Source: Aplysia californica (taxonomy: Eukaryota). From it: 64,000 bases of DNA. Where the stretch lies: NCBI RefSeq assembly GCF_000002075.1, contig NW_004797332.1, positions 1,562,618 through 1,626,617 on the forward strand, read 5' to 3'. How positions within the stretch are numbered: the stretch's first letter is position 1; each line of letters starts with the position of its first letter. This document shows, piece by piece, positions 54,601-64,000 of this stretch. A model generated the notes under the pieces. The model had not been told where the DNA came from. It did no database searches and worked only from the letters and a program-made list of their open reading frames with translations. The position numbers were made by a program, and so were the translations under genes.

Positions 54601-57600
54601 AGACAAAACAGGACAATTGGTTTATGACCTCAAGGTCTTAGTAACTCAAAACGGCCAAAAATATCAGATGGAACTCTGTAATTTGAGGAAGCAACTAAAC
54701 ATGATTAAAGTTTAATTGAAGAAAGCTTCGGTTTTAGTCAACTGATTAATTTCAAAAAGTAAAATTAATTTCTCTGCATATTATAGGGGCCTACTTTGTT
54801 CCACACAGTATGAACATATATATCTAAAAGAGAAAAGAAAAGGATGTAGTTTTGTAACTATATTTGCCCCCATCCACACAATCTAAATCTATCAGAAAGT
54901 GGGTTGCTTTGATGTGCCAATTAATTTGAAAAAGTTTGTTTCATACAAGAAAGGCACATCAGGATACGGGTCATTTAGTGCTCAGAAAAAGCCATAGAGT
55001 AATAGAGTGACAAAAACACTAGAGCAACAGTACAGAAGACCTCTTATGTTTCCAAAGCTAAAGAAACAACTTGCAAGACCCTAGTATTCCATGACAAAAG
55101 CCTTTGTTTCAGCGATACATCAGTATCTAAACGGTATTCCCAAAAATGACTATCTATCGAATGGCTTTTCATAGATCATGGGTACATCATTACAAAAGTG
55201 TGTAACTACATAGGGAGACTACTTTAAGCAATAAGTGAAAGATTAATTAATAAATCAGATGCTTCATTTTCAAGCTGCGTGAACTGTCTAATTTTGTTTG
55301 AAAACCCCTTCCTATGCACTACCATACATGATGTACGCCTACTAAATGGCTTAAAAATCCTGATTATATGATACATGTAAAGTCTATATTTGGGACATTG
55401 TCACATAACATTAGTCATGAAGTCACTTTCAAGAATATTCATAATTCTGAAAATGCAAATTAGATCCAAAAGTCTTTATGATTTGATGATTCTTCCAAAA
55501 GCAAAAACAATTTTGAAAATAACTGAATAGAAATTGCTTTCCATTTACAAAATTTATTACGCATGCTTCTCATCTCTCTTCCATTGGCAACATTAAATTA
55601 GACATTTTCTAAACTTAACTCAAAGACACACTGGCTAAATCTCATTTTCTTTGATTCTGAAATGAAAATGAAAAAGAAGCATACACTGCTCTAATCAAAT
55701 GCTGATAATAGGTAGAATCTAATATAAAATATATCTAAGTCACTCTTTTCAAGGCCTGTAGTATTTACCTTCTTGAGGAAAAAACAAATTCTCTCATCAG
55801 AAATGTTATATTTTTACAAGCACTTTCACCACAAGTGGCTAATGATTATCCCTCTGCATTGGGAGAAAAAAACTTTTTCAAGCATACTGACAATCATAAG
55901 CTGCTTTCAAGATCTTGAAGACAAGGGGGAAAAAATTACATCAGGTGATCTATTATAAGTATAAGTTGTTTTAAGAAAGGAAAATGCTTCCTTCAACTCA
56001 ACAGTGACAGCAATGATGATAAATACCGTAATAACAAAGACTAAATTCATTATAATTATATTCATTTATGGCCCATAATTACAGCCAAGGTGGAGAAAAC
56101 TTAAAGAAAAAATATATACGACAACCAGTCCTCTTCCATCCTAAAGTAACAACAAAAGGCACAAACCAAGCACCATAGACAATCAGAAGCTTTAATAAAT
56201 TCAGTCTAACCTGTTTTCATAGCCACCTGTCCAAAAGAGAATTTCCTGCACAAACAATCACTTCCTACTTCCCTCCTTGCATGAAAAAAAATTATTATAA
56301 ATGACATAATGCGAGACGTGCACCTGTTTAAGGCAATCACTTTTCAGTATTCTTCTCGACAGTGGATGAATGTCTAAGACAATATTTCACAAAACCTCTT
56401 AAGGGTAAAGTTAATGACAATGGCTCTTCAAGCCTCTCAGTACACCTTTGGCTTTGAGATCATCCTTGCTGCTTTCCAGTGGTACAGTAGCAAAAAAGAA
56501 GTACTGGTTAGTAGAGGGCAGCCACAGACCCTGAAGGGCCCTTCTATGAAAACATTTCTGAAGGGTCCCTCTATATATCACGTACATATTGATCCATACT
56601 TTCTATACTTTTCTCAAGATTCAAATATATCTTGACAAAATTAAAGAGAGAGAATACCTTCTTGGGCATTACATGAAAAATGGAGAAACATTTATTTGCC
56701 GCGAGACAGAAAATCATGCTATTATAAACAAAGTTAATAATCTGAGAAAAACAATCTCACCTATCAGATGGCTTAGTACTTAGGGCTTTTTAATCCAAGT
56801 ATTTTTTTTAACTTCATGGCCATGTCAAACATGCCGACTTCTTCCAAACAAACCGGGGACGACGATTGATATAAAAATGCAAATGAAACAATTAAGAAGA
56901 AAATAGCAGTGGTCACAGTGTCGAGTACCTTACTTTGACGCTGACACCAGCATTCATTTTAAACACCCACGATAGTCTTTCTCCTTGCAGGACCCAAAGA
57001 AGTAAGATATAACCCAATAAATCGTCCTGTCTCAAATGTTGATATAAAAAAGTAGTCTCTAGGACAGTCAGCAATGTGCATTCAAAAAACCAGCTGATCA
57101 GCAATCCACCCAATTCACTATACCAGAGAGAGCAAGTTCTGCCAAAAAACGTACATGTAATACATTACACATTCTGGACAATCACTGAAACTGAAACTGA
57201 AACTGAAAGTAAAAGAAAGAGCTTCTCACTGTCTCTGTCTCTCCACTCCAAAGCATGGGTGAAAGTTAAAAGACATTTTTTTTAAAACCTGAAGAGGTAA
57301 GGTGGGAATTTTCAAAACACCATCGTTGTGCATGTTGCGTAGTCGCCAGTTTTTACACACGTACCTGCCGACCTGAGTCTAAACCAGCGGCAGACCTAGG
57401 TCTGTAGTGTTGAGGTTAAAAAACCGGTGGGGCCGGCATACATGCCAGCGATCTTTCACTTTCACAAAATGCTCCAAAACCAACGAGTGACATCATAAGA
57501 GCAACAACTTTACTCACAGGCCAGGAGAGTCAAAAGATTGCACAAACAGCTATACTGGTACTTTGAAGATCAAACATTTGAACTTTTAAACAGACAATTG

Positions 57601-58062
57601 CCTGTCCTGGGTGCTCAGAGGATCGGGGGCTCTTATTAGAAAAACACAGGTTCACCCTTGCCATGAGAGTGAGAGGGGAACATAAGCAAAGATCTCCAGA
57701 GCTTGAAAATGATCTGTCACTACAGAGGAGGTGTTGTGGCAACGGTAAAAAGATGGTAAAAATTACGGGCACATTACCACGAAGTTGAGAACATTTAATA
57801 TTAAATTTACATTGTATCCAGGAATAAATTTAATAAAATACAAAGCCAAAGAAAACATTTTAGCTGAAATTCCATCCCTCGACCAGAAATACATCATACA
57901 AAGATTTAGACTGTTCATTAAATTATTGAAAAATTAAGCCAATTTCGCTTCAAAATCTCTCTCAATTAAAAATCACTCAGGCATAATCCACTGAATAGTG
58001 TAAAACTCTGCCATACGAAATTTCAAAAAGTAACATAATGGAGTCTTACACTGAGCAGTCAA

Positions 58063-59851
58063 TATTTGTCACAACAGGGTAGAATCATGCGCTCTTCAGT
58101 TTTTTAGCATGAGGAGTTTGGCTTTTTTTGTTTTATTTTTTGTACCCTGTAGCATGAGGAGTTATTGGTATCACCTGAGCTTGTTCATTAATTCGCCTTG
58201 CTTTTGTTGAAACAAAATACCCATCTATTTTTAAAAGAACTCCAGATATTTCTGAATGATTGAAGAAGATGGGGTCACATGGTTTCAGAGGTAAAAAGAA
58301 TGAGAAAATGGCCACCAACTTTTAGTAACTTCAATAGCTTGAGAGGCCTTGAAAACTGAAAATTTACATATTTTGTGCCTTTAATTTTAATCAGCATTTT
58401 TAGGAAAATTCACATGGAATGGGTTGTTAAACGGACAAAAAAGACGTTGAGCCAAAAAAAAAAAAATTGCCCAACTGGATTTCCTTATTTTGAGGAGCAC
58501 CTTATTTCACCACGATGCCTCATATATGGCATACATGAAATGAGGTCAGAAATTTGGCTCTATTGGGGGTGGGAGGGGTTGTCATTGCGGTGGAACCTGG
58601 TTCCTGTCAAATTTTAGGAAACAGACCAATCAGTACCGGTATTTTTCCGACTGCTGAGAATTTTTCTAAACAGTTTTTACACAGAAACCTGCTCCATCTT
58701 TTAAAGAACCCATTTCAAGGTGGTTTTAACAGAAAAATGTTATTTAAAGCTAAAAAATTATATATGTTATTTTGTAGAACGACCGATGAACATTCAGCTT
58801 TAAATGTCAAATAACTTTTTCTCCCTAATTTCACATGTAACGGTAACCCCTCTTTCTTAAATCGCACATCTCGACTACAGTGGAATCCTGTTATAACGAG
58901 AGGGAGGGGACCGGAGCAAAATGTCCGTTATAGCAGGATTTTCGCTATAAGGGACCCAGTAATAAATTCAAGGGAACTGTAAAGTAGACTTAATCTATGA
59001 GTTTGGTGTTCTGTTTATTTCCTTTTGCTATCTCCCCTGATATGGATTTTGTTTCAACATGACCTCTAGGTCTTAATTGGTCAAAAATCGAATCAGGTTT
59101 CTTTCTCTAGCGCTAGATCTAGTGATGTCGACTGACAGCTCGGTGTTGCCGATCAGAAAAAAGGGTTCTGGGCTAACTCACCCGCTGTGTTTTCCCCCAC
59201 CCCACCTCACCCTGAGGTGCATTCTGTCTGCTTGCGTACGTCACACATGCTCCATCCATCACATTGCTGTGACCTCTCCATCCCTGCATCGGAGAAGTGA
59301 GAGGCATGGTAGGCCTTGATAATCTAAATCTAAACTAGGCTTACACTGGCCTATCACGCGATGCGTTCTGCTTGTCTGCGCATGCCACACCCTCCCTACT
59401 CAGTCGCTCCGGCCTTCATTGTTGACGCACATGGGCTCTCCCATTCTTTGTTTCGCTAAGTCACCAACAAGTTTCTCAACTGGTGCGGTTTTACATTATG
59501 TATAACTGGTCTATGCACTGTGCACAGCAGCAGGAATATTCCGCTATAACCGACTCTCTTGTTTGTCTGATAGCGCTATAGCAGTATTTCATTTACAAAG
59601 GTAAAGAGGAGAAAAAAACGGGGTTTTAGAATATTGTCTTTATAACAGACTTCTCGTTTTTTCCGGACTCGTTATAAGTGGACTCCACTGTACTAGTTTT
59701 AAAAATCAATTATTTTTTTTCAACTATAAGTTCAAGAAAAAAGCACATACACTTTGATTTATCTAATGGCAATGACTCGATTAGTCGTGTCGGATATGAT
59801 ATACGCTAAAAAATTGACGGGCGCCTGATTCCACCACTCTGTGACACATTT
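58063..59851. mobile_element. Longer family-C-related TIR element interrupted by a nested MITE
   Basis: Ends TGTCACA..GAATCATGCGCTCTTCAGTTTTT / AAAAATTGACGGGCGCCTGATTCCACC..GTGACA; internal AATCGCA..ATCTCGAC shared with family C. Confidence 0.6.
58878..59690. mobile_element. Tc1/mariner-superfamily (pogo/Tigger-like) non-autonomous element
   Basis: TA|CAGTGGAATCCTGTTATAACGAG ... CTCGTTATAAGTGGACTCCACTG|TA: 23-bp imperfect TIRs with TA duplication. Confidence 0.85.
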
Positions 59852-60200
59852 GATGGTAGAAGGCTTTTGACAAAAAACTTACATACATGATGCAAGATAT
59901 GACAATTGCCAATGGGAAATTAAATCTCTATTAGGTCAAATGTAAAAAAAAACTTGGCTTGATACTTCCTGTGAAAATCAAATGGGATTACAAAGGTTTC
60001 TGTATCTGAATATAAATGAAGACACGGGAAGGGGTTTCAACCTACACCACACTAAGAAACTATAAACACTCATGTTTCTATTAATTCAAAGTAAAGGTCT
60101 TTAAGATGATATAGAAGCAACTGAAGGAAAATGTTCCACAACTGTCCGCCATAAAAGTAAGAACAATCCTGCTCCGACAAATAAACGGCATTTCAAACTA

Positions 60201-60439
60201 TGGGAGAAATTTCGTAACGAGCGACCAAATATACATAGTAGAATAGAGGGTTGGGGTTAGGCTTTGATGGAGGGGTAGAGGTAGAGGTAGAGGTAGAGGT
60301 AGAGGTAGAGGTAGGGGTAGAGGTAGGGGTAAGGGTAGGGGTAGGGTTAGGGGTTGGGTCAAGGTTAGGGATAGGTCTCTTCTATTTTTGCTTTTTTTTT
60401 TGGGGGGGGGGGTCCGCTCGTTACGGAAGTCCTTCCCAA
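60201..60439. mobile_element. Short inverted-repeat element with a G-rich GGTAGA/GGTTAG core
   Basis: TGGGAGAAATTTCGTAACGAGCGACC ... GGTCCGCTCGTTACGGAAGTCCTTCCCA around telomere-like hexamers. Confidence 0.6.
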
Positions 60440-60838
60440 ACTATTACTATTACCAAAAATAAACCTGATTCACAATCATAGCCTAACATTATTTAGCATT
60501 ATGAACGTCACCTCAGTATTCCTTTCCCAAATAAAAAAATAACAATTAGCAATTGGTAGCCATTCTTCCATTTGATCCTTCCCACAACTCTAATGTAACA
60601 TGGATTTCATTCTTAAAACTAACTAGACGTATAAGTCTTGTACCAAAAGCAAAACTTGGTCCAACAATTTTTTATCGGAAATTGTGTGTGTGGCACAGTA
60701 CAAAATTCCTTCCAAGCTGAAAGTCAAATTATAAATATTTTATCACATGCTTGTGTTGATCATCAAACAAGTATTTTACAGATAGAAGTCACAATCAATT
60801 CTGCATTCATTCACACAACATAACGATATAACAAATAG

Positions 60839-61876
60839 CTATACATTCCATGAAGAGATTCGCTTCTCCTCCTCAAGAATCGACCAGTTGGGTGAGTGAG
60901 CATCAGCAGCTAACCAGTTGAAGTCATCTACTTTATCCCAGTTATTACGGACTTTTGAAAGTCCAGTCGCTTGGTAGTGTTTATCTAACTGTTCATAACT
61001 CCAGTTGTAAGGAGCAAATTTCACTGTGTTACAGTCTTCAATAATAGCTTTGCTTGTGACATGAATATAAAAATGCGACTCAGTTGTAGAGTGTATCCGA
61101 AGCTGTTGACAAGCCAGCACGAAAGTACAGTTTGAACATTCTCGAATGAAGATGGATCCAGGAACAGGCCCACAGAATATTTTGCAGTTCTTCAACTTGT
61201 TTATGTGAATGGCGGAGGGAGCACCACATAATAAAACTGTGCATTCAGTCAATCCGGCAAGGGCAACATCCTTCTTGTTGATTTCATCAGCCTCTTTTCT
61301 CAAAGTTTCATTGAAAGCACCAATAAACTTACAAGCAGCATGTTCAATAACTAAATCATCCTCAGACTTTGAATCTTTTATTGTTTCTTCACTTCTTACA
61401 GCACAAGGGACTGCAGCTTTTTTCTCCGTTTTTCTGTTTGACTTGAAGGCAAATTTCTTTTTGGGAAGCATTTCATCCCGTTTCTCCTGAATTTTACCCT
61501 GAAGAGACATCAAAACATTTTGAGCTGTCTTCAGCTCATAGGGTGGTAGGAACATAGCAGACTCTGAGACATAGCGTTGCAGTTTAGTAACATGGTGAGA
61601 CAACTGGTCAAAATGTTCAGTTAAATGCACCCTATCAACTGCGACGCTGTCACTCAGTCCATTTTCTAGTTTTGTACGTTCAGAATTGAAAGTATCAAGA
61701 AAAATTTGAAGACTTTCTTGAACTTTGAATGAATCGTCTTCTGCTTGTTTCTTACGCAGCTTTTCTTGACGTTCATCCTCTCTCTTCTGCAATTTTTCAG
61801 TAACCAATGACTGATTCTTGGAGGATTCTTCCACAGTGTTGTTAGAGAAACGGTACGTTCCTTTCCAATCCGCCAT
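60839..61876 (-). CDS. TBCC: Tubulin-specific chaperone C (tubulin folding cofactor C), 345 aa, uninterrupted CDS
   Basis: N-terminal helical region, LPPYE and PKKKFAFK motifs, C-CAP/cofactor-C beta-helix with GSIFIRECSNC..LACQQLRIH (GAP arginine), AIIEDC..FAPYNW, NNWDKVDDFNWL. First in-frame ATG is at 61876; the ORF track begins at a GTG at 61888. Confidence 0.96.
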   Translation of the reverse strand: MADWKGTYRFSNNTVEESSKNQSLVTEKLQKREDERQEKLRKKQAEDDSFKVQESLQIFLDTFNSERTKLENGLSDSVAVDRVHLTEHFDQLSHHVTKLQRYVSESAMFLPPYELKTAQNVLMSLQGKIQEKRDEMLPKKKFAFKSNRKTEKKAAVPCAVRSEETIKDSKSEDDLVIEHAACKFIGAFNETLRKEADEINKKDVALAGLTECTVLLCGAPSAIHINKLKNCKIFCGPVPGSIFIRECSNCTFVLACQQLRIHSTTESHFYIHVTSKAIIEDCNTVKFAPYNWSYEQLDKHYQATGLSKVRNNWDKVDDFNWLAADAHSPNWSILEEEKRISSWNV

Positions 61877-62584
61877 TTTCTTCTCCACAAGTTTTTCTTT
61901 AGTGGCTATGGGGCATTAGTCATTCTTCCGGTTAGCTTTATTTATTGACTAATCGTCAAATTATACTTTGATTTGTAAGGGTGTATATTCTGTTGGTATA
62001 TGAAATCCAAATTAGATGTATATTTTCTCTCATAAGCATTGTCTGAAAAGCAAATTGGTCGCATTTTTTTATTGTTAAAGGCATAAGGTGTACTAGGGGT
62101 GATAACTAAGAATTATTGTTAGCTGTTACCATGACCACATTTGCACTCTCCCAAACTCCCCTCCCCGCTCTTGACAACATGAACAAAGAATGAACCAAAG
62201 AGGGAGAACTACAAGAGTGATAGTGATATAGATCTACGTAGTTTAATTAAACAAAACAAATAAGTTTCCAAACACTGGCAAATTTTGTATACTGGCAAAA
62301 CAGGGAAAAGATGCTCAAAAGATATTTTGATAGATCTAGATCTATAACTACAGGCGATAACTATATAAGAGTATAAGTAATAATTAAGTGCCTTCGCCTA
62401 ATTTCATTTCTAAAAAAATTAACGTTAACCTGCATTTTTGTTTGATTTTGTTGCGGGGGGTATTGTTTCTTTTCGCTTTTGCCCCAGATATTTTTATTTT
62501 ACTTCTTCAACATACTCCTGAAACAAAACTAGATCTAGATATATAAACCTTTTTTGTTAATGAATAAAAGAATGGGTGGCTTCC

Positions 62585-62586
<2 letters not shown>

Positions 62587-62660
<74 letters not shown>
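62587..62660 (+). repeat. (TG)n microsatellite
   Basis: Direct reading. Confidence 0.95.
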
Positions 62661-62662
<2 letters not shown>

Positions 62663-62682
62663 GATAACAGAGCAGCGAGTAG

Positions 62683-63575
62683 CATCATCATCTTCATCCA
62701 GTGCCAGATCTGCGACAGACATTGGCGATCATGATTTTCCATTCATTCCTATGCTCGGATGCTCCCAGAAAAGCTACGTTTCCCTGATCTTTCCCTGTTA
62801 CCCATTTGTTTATGTTCCCTAAGTATGTTGTTCTGGGCCTACCCCTGCCTCGCTTGCCCTCAATTTTGCCAGTGAGAGCTAGATGTGCAAGACCCTTATG
62901 TCTGTTCAGGTGTCCCAAAAACTGCATTTGTCGTTTCCTGATTGTTTTTAACATTGAGCGTCCCACGTGGGCTTCATCAAGCACTACCACAGAATTCTGT
63001 GAGCACTACCTACCTCATTTGATTTCTTTTCCTTCCACGATACTCTTAGCAGTCTTCTAAGAAACCACATTTCTGTTGCCTCTATTTTATTTTCACTGCC
63101 TTTAGTGATTGTCCAGCATTCACAGCCATATAGAAGGGTTGACCAAACATAACATTTTAGGACTTTCATTTTGGTGTTCATTGATGTTTTTATTTTTCAG
63201 GATTGGGCTCATTTTATTGAAACTAGCCTTAGCCATTGCAGTTCTCCTTTTTTATTTCTGCGGAAGATTTGGCATCAGATGTTATCATATATCCTAGATA
63301 TTTAAACTGTTGGACTTGTTTGATCTTTTCACCTTTGCTAATGAGATTACAACTAGGATTTGCTGCTTTTTTTTATATTACCATGCATTCTGTTTTCTTT
63401 ACATTCAACAATAATCCTTTACGTTCACTTTCTTTTACAACAGTATCTAGAAGCATTTGAAGGTCCTTTTCGGAGCTTGCTACATGTATTAAAACCGTGT
63501 CATCTGCATATCTGATGTTATTAATATTTTCTCCATTAATTTTGAGGCCTGGACATTCTTCTATGTTTCTAGAAG
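62683..63575 (-). mobile_element. RTE-clade LINE, 5'-truncated, frameshifted (RT C-terminal part and 3' end)
   Basis: Fragmented ORFs NNIRYADDTVL, GLLLNVKKTECMVI, YVWSTLLYGCECWT, EMWFLRRLLRVSW, GKIEGKRGRGRPR; short (GAT)n tail. Confidence 0.9.
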
Positions 63576-63839
63576 AATGACATAATAATAAATAGCATAA
63601 CACACTGTAGGGGGCGTAGATAGAGAGAGAAAGAGCGANNNNNNNNNNNNNNNNNNNNNNNNNNNNNNNNNNNNNNNNNNNNNNNNNNNNNNNNNNNNNN
63701 NNNNNNNNNNNNNNNNNNNNNNNNNNNNNNNNNNNNNNNNNNNNNNNNNNNNNNNNNNNNNNNNNNNNNNNNNNNNNNNNNNNNNNNNNNNNNNNNNNNN
63801 NNNNNNNNNNNAATCGATTGGGGGCGGGGGAGGAGGCAA

Positions 63840-63891
63840 GTAGAGAGAGAGACCGAGAGGAGGCAAGTAGAGAGAGAGACCGAGAAAAAGT

Positions 63892-63956
<65 letters not shown>
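63840..63956 (+). repeat. (GA)n simple repeat
   Basis: Direct reading. Confidence 0.9.
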
Positions 63957-64000
63957 GGGGGGGAGGAAAAATACTTGCTGTGTGATCCTCAGACTCAGGG

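Noticed and set aside
60839-61876. TBCC as a processed pseudogene or retrocopy
   Set aside because: ORF is intact with the catalytic motif, there is no poly(A) remnant, and an intronless CDS is known for TBCC.

Overview
Animal (invertebrate, probably lophotrochozoan/mollusc-like; inferred) genomic DNA with three assembly gaps. Positions 627-49175 (+) hold the last ~46 coding exons of a giant nesprin-1/SYNE1-like gene: spectrin repeats, an SP/SR-rich linker and a terminal TM+KASH exon ending ...YTDGAPPT*. I assembled the exons by hand. All use GT-AG introns with consistent phases and total 8331 nt (2776 aa + stop); the 5' part of the gene lies upstream of the window. A ~2.4 kb 3'UTR follows (AATAAA at 51621). 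On the minus strand is a TBCC gene with an uninterrupted CDS (60839-61876) and a decayed RTE LINE beyond it. Introns contain several MITE families, tRNA-derived SINEs, >=11 copies of a ~170 bp retroposon 3' end, and a Penelope-type hammerhead ribozyme remnant. The most unusual signals concern splicing upstream of the KASH exon: (i) a CAG|TAG|GTAAGT site that could act as a stop-codon-only 3-nt exon, a recursive splice site or a tiny terminal exon; (ii) further small candidate exons that keep or lose the KASH frame; (iii) a splice acceptor duplicated as the target-site duplication of a retroposon; and (iv) a 5' splice site amplified ~26 times as a minisatellite. None of these is confirmed without RNA data.
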